IMG/VR virus record: IMGVR_UViG_3300032135_000028
Location: 1 to 37,765 of that record
Origin: a virus
Lineage: Duplodnaviria; Caudoviricetes
Length of the DNA: 37,765 bases
Reading direction: 5' to 3' (one strand)
This document shows, piece by piece, positions 26,071 through 35,256 of the stretch (positions are counted from its first letter, which is position 1; every line of letters starts with the position of its first letter). The notes under the pieces are model-generated. The model made no database searches, had not been told where the DNA came from, and worked only from the letters and a program-made list of their open reading frames with translations. The position numbers and the translations under genes were made by a program.

Positions 26071-27093
26071 ATGAGCAACAACGAGATGGTGCAGTATCAG
26101 AATGCGACGCTTGAAGAGCGTTACCGCTATGCGCAAGCGATCGCGGGTGCGGGTGAACTCGTGCCGCCCGGTCTGCGCGACGGGAACAACGCGAACGCTG
26201 GCAAGGTCATGATGGTCATGGAACACGCGACGATGCTCGGGCTGCACCCGATCGTGGGCGTGAACATGATCAACATCATCGACGGCAAGATCAGCGTGCC
26301 GCCCGCGTTGATGAGCGCGCTCGTGCGTCGAGCGAATCACGTGCTTCGTGTTCGCACTGAGGGTGTCGTCGAGTCGGGTGACTTCAAGGCGATCGCGACG
26401 CTCGTGCGCAGCGACGACGAAGATCACCCGTTCGAGGCCGTCTGGACGCCGCAGCGTGCGCAGCGTGCGGGTCTGTGCACATACAGCGAGATCGAGCCGG
26501 GCGTCTGGAAGGTCAAGTCTGAGAGTCGCAGCGGGCGTCCGTTGCCGTGGCAGAACTACACAGAGGCGCTGTGCAAGGCACGCGCGATCTCTGAGGTCTG
26601 CATGGAAGGCGCGACTGACGTGATGATGGGTGCCGTTTATACGCCCGAAGAACTGGGAGCGTCTGTCGACGATCTCGGCGTCGTCACTGTCGAGGGTGAC
26701 GGGTCAGAGCACCCGCAGAGCAGCGCTGTGCGCTCGCCTGCCGCATCAGAGGGTGCTTCTAGCAGTGAGCACAGCAGCGAACCCATTCCAACGGCGCAGG
26801 CGAGCGCTGACGGCGTCGACTGGCTCGTCGAGATCGCTGCAGTCGAGTCGAGCAAGACAGCACGCGCTCTGTACGGCAAGGCTCGCGAAGCGGGTGCGCT
26901 GAATAGCGTCGTCATCATCGAGGGCGAGAACGTCTCGCTCGCTGACGCGATCACGAAGCGTGGCGTCGAACTGCTCGACATCGAAGCGAAGAGCGCGAAG
27001 AGCGAGCCTGTCGCCGATCAGCCGGTCGATGGTGAGATCATCGACGCAGAGGTCGTCGACGCAGAGGTCGTCGCCGACGACGACGGGAGGTGA
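26071..27093 (+). CDS. recT: RecT-like single-strand annealing protein
   Basis: Follows the YqaJ gene; LGLHPI...INIIDGK, WQNYTEALCKARAIS, GAVYTPEELG; acidic tail. Confidence 0.8.
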   Translation: MSNNEMVQYQNATLEERYRYAQAIAGAGELVPPGLRDGNNANAGKVMMVMEHATMLGLHPIVGVNMINIIDGKISVPPALMSALVRRANHVLRVRTEGVVESGDFKAIATLVRSDDEDHPFEAVWTPQRAQRAGLCTYSEIEPGVWKVKSESRSGRPLPWQNYTEALCKARAISEVCMEGATDVMMGAVYTPEELGASVDDLGVVTVEGDGSEHPQSSAVRSPAASEGASSSEHSSEPIPTAQASADGVDWLVEIAAVESSKTARALYGKAREAGALNSVVIIEGENVSLADAITKRGVELLDIEAKSAKSEPVADQPVDGEIIDAEVVDAEVVADDDGR

Positions 27094-27335
27094 ACAAGAT
27101 GAACAACCCACAATGGGCGCGCCCAACGAATCAGATCGCACACCTTTTTCGTGACGGTTATCGCGTCTCGATCTGTCTGACAGCAGTCAGCACGAGCGAC
27201 GAGCGTCTGGCTGAAGAGCCCGGCGACGCATGCCCGCGATGCCGCGTGAAGCATGACAGCGAGATCGAGCCAGCGAACGAGTCAGACAAGCCGAAGCCGA
27301 AGCGCAAGCCGAAGCAGGAGCCGTCTGATGAGTGA
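27090..27335 (+). CDS. small hypothetical protein (H...C...CxxC)
   Basis: Coupled ORF with GGGAGG SD. Confidence 0.6.
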   Translation: MNKMNNPQWARPTNQIAHLFRDGYRVSICLTAVSTSDERLAEEPGDACPRCRVKHDSEIEPANESDKPKPKRKPKQEPSDE

Positions 27336-27702
27336 TCGGCACGCGCTCGACGTCGACACGCCACTGAATCCCGTCGACGTCGAGCGCGCGATCAGAGCGA
27401 TCTCGAACGAAGTCGCGCTCGGCGTGCGTACTCGATCAGATGCGCTGCGCGACTTCAGGGCTGCAGAGCGTGAGTTCGATCGTGCGTTCGCTCGTGCGTT
27501 CATGAAGTTCGCAGGCCCTGCTCACTCGAAACGCTACGCGGCAGAGATCGCGACGCAAGTTGAGCGCGAGACTCGTGACGTCGCAGAGGTCGCATGGAAG
27601 TATGCGGACAATCAGGGGCGTGCACTCGAACTCGAACTGTCTTCGTATCAGTCGATCAACCGGGGGCTGGGAGCAATGTACGGCGCAGCGGGCGCTTCGT
27701 GA
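27328..27702 (+). CDS. hypothetical helical phage protein
   Basis: LNPVDVERAIR...LSSYQSINR; AGGAG SD before ATG 27328. Confidence 0.75.
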   Translation: MSDRHALDVDTPLNPVDVERAIRAISNEVALGVRTRSDALRDFRAAEREFDRAFARAFMKFAGPAHSKRYAAEIATQVERETRDVAEVAWKYADNQGRALELELSSYQSINRGLGAMYGAAGAS

Positions 27703-28064
27703 GTCAGCCGACTCGAATCGTCTGTGCGCTCGTTGATGCTCGTGATGACGAGTCGTGCGTGCACTGTGGCATCTCGCTGCACAGCACGTACGGCGCGCGT
27801 CATCATCGACAACTGCGACGACACGGCGACCACACTGCGGCGAATCTCGTCCTGCTGTGCACCGGCTGTCACGGGTTTGTCCACAGTGAGCCTCGACTCG
27901 CCAGGGCGGTCGGCCTCATCGTAAGATCAGGTCAGGACGCGGCGAGCGTTCCGGCATACCTCACGCACCGACGAGCGTGGGTGCTCCTAGATAGAAATGG
28001 AACCATGCGAACACTCCCCGATGACCAAGCCATCGCCCTACTCGTTGAGGTGGGCAACCGATGA
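27699..28064 (+). CDS. HNH endonuclease
   Basis: RD..CVHC...HHRQLR...NLVLLCTGCHGFVH; GTGA coupling. Confidence 0.88.
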   Translation: MSQPTRIVCALVDARDDESCVHCGISLHSTYGARHHRQLRRHGDHTAANLVLLCTGCHGFVHSEPRLARAVGLIVRSGQDAASVPAYLTHRRAWVLLDRNGTMRTLPDDQAIALLVEVGNR

Positions 28065-28120
28065 GCGGTGGACCTGCCGAAGTCAACAGATCACAGGCCC
28101 CCTCGGGGGAGTAATGTGAA

Positions 28121-28151
28121 AGCCCCGCCGGACAGATAACCCGGCGGGGCT
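28121..28151. promoter_or_regulatory. perfect 11-bp inverted repeat upstream of the replication initiator
   Basis: AGCCCCGCCGG-N9-CCGGCGGGGCT, preceded by TAATGT (28112-17). Confidence 0.6.
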
Positions 28152-28175
28152 GGACAAGCGACAAACAACAGCCCC

Positions 28176-29030
28176 ATGCTACAGGCCGGGGCAGACAAGG
28201 ACAACATAGTGAGTAACGCACGGAGCACAATGGCCGCCTATGGGCGGACCCCCAAGGCCCTCCTGAGAGATGGCACTATCTCCCCGGCCGCCAAGTTGGT
28301 GGTGGCCATGGTGGACGAGGTGGCCGGATACGAGGACATCACGGTGGAGCGTCTGGGGTTCTGGCTTGGCCTCCGTGAGACGGCAACCCGCCAGGCCATC
28401 CGTGGGGCACAGGCCGCTGGTTGGCTGGAAGTTCAGGAGGTGCGAACCAGTACCGGCCAACAATTGCCAAGCGTCTACATCGCCAAGGGGGAGCCCTTCA
28501 CCTCCACGGTGGGGGGGGTGCGCGTAGCCGAACCCTCGGGGGGGCGCGTAGCCGAACCCTCGGGGGGGCGCGTAGCCGAACCCTCGGGGGGGCGCGTAGC
28601 CGAACCCCCTATAAAAGAACGAGACTACGAGACTAGAGAGAGCGGCACTAACGTGCCACCCACACCCAAGCGCGGCTCCCGCATCAAAGAATCGTTCGCT
28701 GTCGATGACGCGCTGCGCGCATATGCCCAAGAGCACGCACCCGCAGCAGGCGTCGATCGAGAGCGTGAGCAGTTCGTCAACTACTGGCTCGCAGCATCAG
28801 GGAAAAACGCAGTGAAGATCGACTGGCGACGTGCGTTCATGTCATGGCTGAACAACGCACAGCGCTTCGCTGAAGAGCGCGGCTGGCAGCCGAACGGCAA
28901 GAGCAAGACGAGCAACGAATCACAGCAGCGACAGGTCGAGTGGCTGGCGAGTAAGAATGTGACGCTCGAAGAATGGGAGCAGAACAAGAGCGACCCCGAC
29001 TGGGTTGCGCAACTGAGAGGCGAGAACTGA
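28176..29030 (+). CDS. replication initiator protein (N-terminal wHTH, lambda O-like architecture)
   Basis: LLRDGTISPAAKLV, HTH-like ITVERLGFWLGLRETATRQAIR, C-terminal FVNYW...KIDWRRAFMSWL; upstream of dnaB. True start may be GTG 28209 or ATG 28230. Confidence 0.82.
   Translation: MLQAGADKDNIVSNARSTMAAYGRTPKALLRDGTISPAAKLVVAMVDEVAGYEDITVERLGFWLGLRETATRQAIRGAQAAGWLEVQEVRTSTGQQLPSVYIAKGEPFTSTVGGVRVAEPSGGRVAEPSGGRVAEPSGGRVAEPPIKERDYETRESGTNVPPTPKRGSRIKESFAVDDALRAYAQEHAPAAGVDREREQFVNYWLAASGKNAVKIDWRRAFMSWLNNAQRFAEERGWQPNGKSKTSNESQQRQVEWLASKNVTLEEWEQNKSDPDWVAQLRGEN
28520..28607 (+). repeat. 24-bp tandem repeats (3 full + 1 partial), probable origin iterons
   Basis: CGCGTAGCCGAACCCTCGGGGGGG at 28521, 28545, 28569 and partially at 28593; encodes RVAEPSGG; A-rich tract follows. 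Confidence 0.85.
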
Positions 29031-30307
29031 TGTCGACGAAGAACGAGCAAGCAGAGAAGGCAACGCTCGGCGGCATGATGCTGTCGCGTGCGATGATCTC
29101 TGATGTCACTGAGATCGTGAGCGGCACAGACTTCGCCGACATGCGCAACGAGATGATCTTCGACGCGATCACCGCGCTCGACAACAACGGCGCACCCAGC
29201 GACGTGATCTCTGTCGCCGACGCGCTCGCGAAGAGCGGCAAACTCGAACAGATCGGCGGGCTGATCGCGCTACACGATCTGATCTCCGACGTCCCGGCTG
29301 CGTCGTCTGCGACGTGGTACGCGAAGATCGTGCACCGCGAATCGACGAAGCGACGGCTCATCGTCGCAGGCACGCGTCTCGTCAATCTTGAGCAGAGCGA
29401 AGAGACTGACGTGCTCGCACTCGTCGAGACAGCACGAGCAGAGATCGACGATGCTGCAGTGCGCGAACTCGCGACCGCTCGCATGCTCGGCGAAGACATG
29501 GACGACGTCATCGAATCGCTCAGCGAGCCGCCGAGTTATCTGCCGACGCCGTGGCGAGCGATGAACGACATGATCAACGGGCTGAAGAACGGCTGTGTGT
29601 ACGTCGTGGGCGCTCGTCCCGGCAGTGGCAAAACGATCATGGGTCTACAGATCGCACTGCACGCATCGAAGTGGGGCGCAGTGTCGTTCTCGTCGCTAGA
29701 AATGCAGCGCGAAGAACTGCTCGGGCGTGCGCTCGCGTTGCGTGCTTCGATCGACATGACAGCGATGACGCGACACGCGATGAACGCGAGCGACTATGAG
29801 CGTCTGGCTCGACACGAGCAGGGGCTGCGAGAGTTGTCGCTGTACGTCGACGATCGCAGCGGTGCGACGCTCGCGCAGATCAGATCGTATGCGCGCAGCG
29901 TCTCTCGTCGAGGCGAACTGCGTGCGATCGTCGTCGACTACATGCAACTGATTCGGGCGACTGACCCGCGCAAGCCGCGCTGGGAATCGGTGAGCGAGTT
30001 CTCGCGTGCGTTGAAGATCATGGCGCGCGAGTTCAACGTGCCAGTGATCGCGCTTGCTCAACTGAATCGCGAGAGCGAGAACAATCGTCGCCCGCCGTCG
30101 CTCGCCGATCTGCGCGAGTCTGGGTCGATCGAGCAAGATGCGGACGTCGTGATGCTGCTCGCTCGTGAGTTCGACGAAGAGGCTGGGTTGCCGACTGACA
30201 ATCTTGACGTGATCGTCGCGAAGAACAGGCACGGCAATACGGGCAAGTTCACGCTGCTCTGGGAGGGTCGTTTCGCGCGAGTCAGTGACACGCCCTGGGC
30301 GCAATGA
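29030..30307 (+). CDS. dnaB: DnaB-like replicative helicase
   Basis: GARPGSGKT, SLEM, IVVDYMQL, LAQLNR, DLRESGSIEQDAD, KNRHG. Confidence 0.97.
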   Translation: MSTKNEQAEKATLGGMMLSRAMISDVTEIVSGTDFADMRNEMIFDAITALDNNGAPSDVISVADALAKSGKLEQIGGLIALHDLISDVPAASSATWYAKIVHRESTKRRLIVAGTRLVNLEQSEETDVLALVETARAEIDDAAVRELATARMLGEDMDDVIESLSEPPSYLPTPWRAMNDMINGLKNGCVYVVGARPGSGKTIMGLQIALHASKWGAVSFSSLEMQREELLGRALALRASIDMTAMTRHAMNASDYERLARHEQGLRELSLYVDDRSGATLAQIRSYARSVSRRGELRAIVVDYMQLIRATDPRKPRWESVSEFSRALKIMAREFNVPVIALAQLNRESENNRRPPSLADLRESGSIEQDADVVMLLAREFDEEAGLPTDNLDVIVAKNRHGNTGKFTLLWEGRFARVSDTPWAQ

Positions 30308-30348
30308 TGCTAGTCTCACGCATACAACCTAACGAGAGGAACGAACCG

Positions 30349-30546
30349 ATGATCACTCCCAGCATCCCCTTCAAGCAGACGCCAGCGATGAGCGCACGAG
30401 AGCGTCGCTCGCGCACGTGGGCCGTGCTGTCGCTTGCGGGTGCAGCAGTCGGCGTCGCACTCGTCTGGACGGGTGCAGGCGCTGGCGCTGTGCTGCTCAC
30501 GGGTGCGCTGCTCATGAATGCGACACACAAGGCGGCGAGACGATGA
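30349..30546 (+). CDS. small membrane protein
   Basis: GAGAGGA SD; hydrophobic C-terminal half. Confidence 0.65.
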   Translation: MITPSIPFKQTPAMSARERRSRTWAVLSLAGAAVGVALVWTGAGAGAVLLTGALLMNATHKAARR

Positions 30547-31598
30547 CCATTCCCGATGACGTCGTGGAGGCCGCGGCTGCTGATGCCATTGTTCGTGCTC
30601 AGTCTGAACGCCTCGACGTGCTCACTGTGCGGAGAGGGCTTGCAGACTTGAGTCCCGAGGGTCGCCGGGACGCGCTTGACGATGCTCGTGCCGCCCTCGC
30701 CGCCGTCTCGCACATTCGGGCTGAGGACGTGCGCGACCACATGGACGCCTACGAGGATTTGGACGGGCAGTGCGTCTCGGTGGATGAACTACGGGCTGTA
30801 GGTGGAATGCCTATCAAGGACCCGGCGCAGGTCGTGACGCCGCAGTTCGAGTGGGAAAGGCTCATTGAGCGGCTGAGGCAGATGGCCGAGAGTCAGCGCA
30901 TGGACCTTGATAGTCCGCACGTCGCGATGACGTTGGACGAGGCCGCTGACGCCATCCTCGCCAAGTACCCGGCACAGGATGATTCACCGCTACCGGGATG
31001 CACGGGCGACTACAAGTGCCCTGCCCCAGCCCACCAGCACGGTTGCATGAGCGACACGCTTGGACACTGCAACGAGCCCGGCGAGCACTGGAAGTACCCG
31101 GCGCAGGTCGTGACGGCTGAGTGGATCAAATCTCAACGCGACGCAGGCTGGCCCGACATGCACCCCGAGGACTACTGCCACCTATGCGGGGCACGCAACC
31201 CGTCGTGGTGTGTCGATCGTGAAGACTGGGTGACGGCAACTGAGGCGTGGGCGGCACAGACTGGGCGTGAGGGTATCTGCTGTCCAGGATGCTTCGCCAC
31301 AATGCACGAGACCGCGACAGGGAAGACGACCACATGGGAGTTGGTGCCCTTCCGCGTCGAGCGTGCTCAAGTGTGCCGACTCTACGACGGGCGTGTGGGC
31401 AACGCTCTCGGGTACGACGCGACCAGCGGCGTCGTCGCCGTGCAATGGAAGACGAACGGGTCGATAAGTCTCGCCGTCCCTGCCTCTCTCCAGCCTTTGA
31501 GTCAGCGTGCGCAAATCATGCTGGAGCGTGCGGTCAACGGCGCAGCGCCATACCACGGCCCCGGCAGCGCCCACATCACAGAAAGGCCCGAAGCATGA
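30543..31598 (+). CDS. modular hypothetical protein with Cys/His clusters
   Basis: ATGA coupling; internal K(D/Y)PAQ repeats separate distinct segments; CxxC pairs. Confidence 0.7.
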   Translation: MTIPDDVVEAAAADAIVRAQSERLDVLTVRRGLADLSPEGRRDALDDARAALAAVSHIRAEDVRDHMDAYEDLDGQCVSVDELRAVGGMPIKDPAQVVTPQFEWERLIERLRQMAESQRMDLDSPHVAMTLDEAADAILAKYPAQDDSPLPGCTGDYKCPAPAHQHGCMSDTLGHCNEPGEHWKYPAQVVTAEWIKSQRDAGWPDMHPEDYCHLCGARNPSWCVDREDWVTATEAWAAQTGREGICCPGCFATMHETATGKTTTWELVPFRVERAQVCRLYDGRVGNALGYDATSGVVAVQWKTNGSISLAVPASLQPLSQRAQIMLERAVNGAAPYHGPGSAHITERPEA

Positions 31599-31777
31599 GC
31601 GCCGATAGTGTTCACGTGCTCCCAGTGGGCGACGTGGTGGACCACGAGGACATGGGTGACGAGTGCGTGTGCGGTCCAACATCGGAGCCGGTCAAGCGCG
31701 ACGACGGTTCTATGGGCTGGGTCATCATTCACAACTCGCTAGACGGTCGAGAGATCAGTGAAGGGACCGAAGCATGA
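31595..31777 (+). CDS. small hypothetical protein (HVLP..D...H...CVCGP...HNSLDGRE)
   Basis: Coupled ORF with SD. Confidence 0.7.
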   Translation: MSADSVHVLPVGDVVDHEDMGDECVCGPTSEPVKRDDGSMGWVIIHNSLDGREISEGTEA

Positions 31778-31935
31778 CCACCCCCGAACTACTACCCATC
31801 GAGTCAATGTCTCTCACTGTGGGACTCGCTCAAGCGCTACGCGGCGACACCCCGGACGAAGGGGTCTCGACCGTCTGCATATTGGCCCTTGCCCGACTGA
31901 CCGGAAAGCACGACTGGACGAAGGAGAAAGCATGA
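31774..31935 (+). CDS. small hypothetical protein (53 aa)
   Basis: Read manually: MTTPELLPIESMSLTVGLAQALRG...KHDWTKEKA. Coupled on both sides. Confidence 0.6.
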   Translation: MTTPELLPIESMSLTVGLAQALRGDTPDEGVSTVCILALARLTGKHDWTKEKA

Positions 31936-32288
31936 GCACCACAGATAACCCGCAGGACTCTCGGCTCACTCACGGAGTGGACGCTGAGCCGGCTGAGCAA
32001 GCAGCCGCCTATCTCGTGCTGTCCGAGGACGAGCGCAAAAGGGGCTTCGTTCGTCCCGTTCGACGTGCCTACGTTCACTGGTACATGGCCGATGGGTCGC
32101 CTGTTCCCCGCGAGCCGTGGGTGTCTCGCATCGAGGGCTGTGGTACCCAGACTCGAATGGCCCAGGACATCGCGGAGACCTACGCGCGAGACCCGAAGTT
32201 TTACGGTTCGACGTACTGCGTTAGATGCGGTCAGCACCTGCCCGTCAGCGAGTTCATTTGGGAAGACGGGTCGGTGGTCGGCTCATGA
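31932..32288 (+). CDS. hypothetical zinc-ribbon protein
   Basis: AAGGAG SD; YLVLSEDERKRGFVRPVR...YGSTYCVRC. Confidence 0.75.
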   Translation: MSTTDNPQDSRLTHGVDAEPAEQAAAYLVLSEDERKRGFVRPVRRAYVHWYMADGSPVPREPWVSRIEGCGTQTRMAQDIAETYARDPKFYGSTYCVRCGQHLPVSEFIWEDGSVVGS

Positions 32289-32476
32289 GCGACGTCCGTG
32301 GCGAGTCCGACAAGTACGCCGAGACGATGCACGATTACGTGCTGCTTGGCATGCCCCTCGAACCGTTGCCACCACTGCGCACCGAGTCGACGTTCAGGTG
32401 GCAGCATCTCGCAGTGATCGCTGCGCTCGTGTTCGTTCTCGGCGTCGTGATCTATAACGTGGCGGTGACGTCGTGA
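32285..32476 (+). CDS. small membrane protein
   Basis: Coupled ORF with a C-terminal TM helix. Confidence 0.6.
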   Translation: MSDVRGESDKYAETMHDYVLLGMPLEPLPPLRTESTFRWQHLAVIAALVFVLGVVIYNVAVTS

Positions 32477-32928
32477 GCGCACGCGTCGAAGTGCTGTCGC
32501 GCGACTTCGATCATCTCGAACTGCTCACGATGAATCGTCGCGGACACTGGTCGAAAGACGACGACGCACGCAAAGCCTGGAAGCAGTGGGGTCGCATCAT
32601 GAGCGCGATCATCAAAGCGAAGCGCGGGTCGATGCAGACGCCCGTGAAGATCACGATCGCGCTGTACTGGCCCGATCGTCGAGTGCGCGACTCGAACAAC
32701 TACGCGCAGACAGGCAAAGCGATCGTCGACGGGTTCGTGCAGTCAGGGCTGCTGTCAGACGATCGTGATTCGATGGTGATCGGGCCAGACATGCGTCGCA
32801 TCCCGAAGCACAAAGATCGCACGCGACGATCACTCATCGTGGTCATCGAAGAGACGACGATCGACGCTGAACTGGCGACGATCGAAGAGCACGCTGGGCT
32901 GACAGTCAGCCAGCAGAATCAGGAGTAG
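32473..32928 (+). CDS. rusA: RusA-like Holliday junction resolvase
   Basis: RRVRDSNNY...KAIVDGFV...LLSDDR matches the DxxN...K...D...DD motif. Confidence 0.85.
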   Translation: MSARVEVLSRDFDHLELLTMNRRGHWSKDDDARKAWKQWGRIMSAIIKAKRGSMQTPVKITIALYWPDRRVRDSNNYAQTGKAIVDGFVQSGLLSDDRDSMVIGPDMRRIPKHKDRTRRSLIVVIEETTIDAELATIEEHAGLTVSQQNQE

Positions 32929-32933
32929 AAATC

Positions 32934-33416
32934 ATGTCAGGAGAAACACAGATCACAGTCGTCGGGAATCTGACCGGCGACCCGGACCTGAAATTCATAC
33001 AATCTGGGGCTGCTGTCGCCAACTTCGTGGTTGCTTCTACGCCGCGTCGCTTCGACAAGCAGGCGAACGAGTTCGTCGATGGCGACACTCTTTTCATGCG
33101 CTGCTCGTTGTGGCGCGACTACGCAGAGCACGTCGCAGAGTCGCTGACGAAGGGCATGCGTGTGATCGTCACGGGCGCACTCGTGCAGCGTTCGTTCGAG
33201 ACGAACGGCGAAAAGCGCACAGTGATGGAACTGCAAGTCGAGGAAGTCGGCCCTGCACTGCGATACGCGACAGCGAAGGTTGCACGAGTCGAGCGCGGCG
33301 CACGTGCTGCTCAGCCGTCACAGGCCGCTCCCTCGTGGCAGAACGACGCACCCGCGCAGCAGTCACAGCAGGACCCGTGGGCGGGCGCGCCAGCGCCCAG
33401 CGAGCCGCAGTTCTGA
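32934..33416 (+). CDS. ssb: single-stranded DNA-binding protein
   Basis: [40 protein letters not shown]; acidic DPW...EPQF tail (actinobacterial type). Confidence 0.97.
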   Translation: MSGETQITVVGNLTGDPDLKFIQSGAAVANFVVASTPRRFDKQANEFVDGDTLFMRCSLWRDYAEHVAESLTKGMRVIVTGALVQRSFETNGEKRTVMELQVEEVGPALRYATAKVARVERGARAAQPSQAAPSWQNDAPAQQSQQDPWAGAPAPSEPQF

Positions 33417-33466
33417 GGTAGTCTGTACGCATCAGGGCGTCATGCTCTGTGTGCTGTGCGGGCACA

Positions 33467-33507
33467 GCGGGGCGGTCGATTCATGGGAGTGATCTCGACC
33501 GTCCCGC
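33467..33507 (+). promoter_or_regulatory. hairpin in the ssb-parB intergenic leader
   Basis: GCGGGGCGGTCGA/TCGACCGTCCCGC, 13 bp with one G-U. Confidence 0.55.
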
Positions 33508-33538
33508 GATCTCGCAAGACTTGAAAGGGAGCGAGCAG

Positions 33539-34069
33539 ATGCCGAAGCCGCTAGTGCAGCGAGTCAAGATCGACACACTGACGCCGCACCCACAGAACGC
33601 ACGACGCGGCAACGTCGACGTGATCGCAGAGTCGCTGTTCGCGAACGGACAGATCGGTGCGATCCTCGTGCAGAAAAGCACGCGACACGTCATCGGCGGG
33701 AATCACACGCTCAAGGCTGCACAGTCTCTGGGCTGGACAGAGATCGACGTGATCTGGCGCGACGTCGACAACACGCAAGCGAAGCGCGAACTGCTCGCAC
33801 TGAATCGCACTGCCGATCTCGCCGAGTACGACACGGACGATCTGATCGCACTGCTGAAGTCGCTCGACGATCTCACTGGCACGGGTTACGACGAAGAGGC
33901 GCTGCGTGCGCTGCTCGACGACGAGCCGCTGCCTGACGAGGGCGACGCTGATGTCGACGATGCACCCACAGCGTTCGGCGTCGTCATCGACTGCAAGAGC
34001 GAGCCCGAGCAGATGCAACTGCTCGATCGTTTCATCGACGAGGGTCTGTCAGTTCGAGCGCTGTCGTGA
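33539..34069 (+). CDS. ParB/Srx-like N-terminal domain protein
   Basis: LTPHPQNARRG, VIGGNHTLKAA, LALNRTADLAEYD; GAAAGGGAG SD before ATG 33539. Confidence 0.88.
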   Translation: MPKPLVQRVKIDTLTPHPQNARRGNVDVIAESLFANGQIGAILVQKSTRHVIGGNHTLKAAQSLGWTEIDVIWRDVDNTQAKRELLALNRTADLAEYDTDDLIALLKSLDDLTGTGYDEEALRALLDDEPLPDEGDADVDDAPTAFGVVIDCKSEPEQMQLLDRFIDEGLSVRALS

Positions 34070-34178
34070 AGGCTGAGATCGCGCTCGACACGAAGATCAG
34101 ACGCAGCGCACGATCATCTCGAAGCCGATCGAGCGTCTGAAGACGCAGTCGTTCGCCCTCATGTCGAAGGGAGCGTAG
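34066..34178 (+). pseudogene. possible remnant of an internally deleted gene
   Basis: GTGA-coupled start gives MKAEIALDTKIRRSAR; a second frame then gives IISKPIERLKTQSFALMSKGA-stop. Confidence 0.4.
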
Positions 34179-34207
34179 TCGTCGCGACAGCGACACGGCG
34201 GGGCATC

Positions 34208-34236
34208 TTCAACGGGCGCCCCGTCACTGCTACGAT
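34208..34236 (+). promoter_or_regulatory. promoter for a leaderless transcript
   Basis: TTCAAC-N17-TACGAT with extended TG, 6 nt before ATG 34243; no SD. Confidence 0.6.
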
Positions 34237-34242
34237 GTACGC

Positions 34243-34479
34243 ATGAAGCAAACCTACCTGATGCTCGAAGACATCGCAGCGCGCGTCGGCGTCGGCTACG
34301 ACAGCGTGCGCACATACCACCAGCGCGCCGCACGCAACCGTCGAGAGAGCGTCGTCAAGTGTGGCGACCTCCCGGCACCCGAGCGTCTGTTCGGACGCTC
34401 GCCCGTATGGACAGAGCGACAGATCGCACGCTGGGTCGAAGAACGACCCGGTCGCGGACGCATCGCAAAGTCGAAGTAA
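34243..34479 (+). CDS. AlpA/excisionase-like HTH DNA-binding protein
   Basis: LEDIAARVGVGYDSVRTY...LPAPERLFGRSPVWTERQIARW. Confidence 0.85.
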   Translation: MKQTYLMLEDIAARVGVGYDSVRTYHQRAARNRRESVVKCGDLPAPERLFGRSPVWTERQIARWVEERPGRGRIAKSK

Positions 34480-34504
34480 CCCACACGAAAGAGAGATCAC
34501 TCCC

Positions 34505-34735
34505 ATGAGCAACATTCAACTCGCGATCTGGCTGCTGCTGATCGTCATCGCGTTCGCACTCGCGTTCACGATCGCAGCAGTCACAGTCGCTGTCTGGAAG
34601 AACGTACACAGCGAAGAACTGTTGCGCCTGCGACGCTTCCGTGACGACGTCGCATTCGAGGCTGCGATCAGTGAGGCGGGCATCTCGTCGGAGATGCTGC
34701 AGTCGATGATCGAGCATCGCAAGGTCGCACGATGA
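34505..34735 (+). CDS. small membrane protein
   Basis: N-terminal TM helix; AGAGAG SD. Confidence 0.65.
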   Translation: MSNIQLAIWLLLIVIAFALAFTIAAVTVAVWKNVHSEELLRLRRFRDDVAFEAAISEAGISSEMLQSMIEHRKVAR

Positions 34736-34965
34736 GCATCGCAAGCCGCCGCCAGAATGTCGACGCGATCAACGCTCGACTGCGCGAGGGCATCGACGCG
34801 TACATGCTGACGACGTTCAAGATCAAGACGCGAACAGAGTGGAATCTGTTTGCGAACACTGTTGTGACGACACGCGTCGACGGAGAGCGCTTCACGCCGA
34901 CGCAGCGCAAGATCGTCGCCGCGATGAGTTGGGCGTATTGCGACGCGATGGGAGTCGTGCGATGA
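34732..34965 (+). CDS. hypothetical protein
   Basis: ATGA-coupled chain of ORFs. Confidence 0.65.
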   Translation: MSIASRRQNVDAINARLREGIDAYMLTTFKIKTRTEWNLFANTVVTTRVDGERFTPTQRKIVAAMSWAYCDAMGVVR

Positions 34966-35186
34966 GCGGCGTGCTGTCCGCTGTCACATACTTCGACGGC
35001 ACGACGAAGATCGCGGCAGTAGCGACGAGCGAGATCAGAGCGCCGCGCTTCGCCGATCAGTTCTGGGCGTCAGATGCGCATCTCGTGATGTTCGACGACA
35101 GCACCGACGTCTCGGACTCGAAGAAGGTCGACGACGCTCGCAACCGTTATCTGAAGTACATCGAGAGCGTGAGAGACAAATCATGA
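34962..35186 (+). CDS. hypothetical protein
   Basis: ATGA-coupled; GGGAG SD. Confidence 0.6.
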   Translation: MSGVLSAVTYFDGTTKIAAVATSEIRAPRFADQFWASDAHLVMFDDSTDVSDSKKVDDARNRYLKYIESVRDKS

Positions 35187-35256
35187 GCGCTCACACGCAT
35201 CGACTGCTGAGCGTTAGCGAACCGCCAACGAACCGCATGCGAATCGCAGAGACGAC

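Noticed and set aside
28520-28607. Tandem repeats as a CRISPR array
   Set aside because: The repeats are contiguous with no unique spacers, are in frame within the initiator gene, and no cas genes are present.
33539-34479. ParB plus AlpA-like HTH as a lysogeny or partition module
   Set aside because: No ParA, integrase, divergent repressor or recognisable att/parS array in the window.
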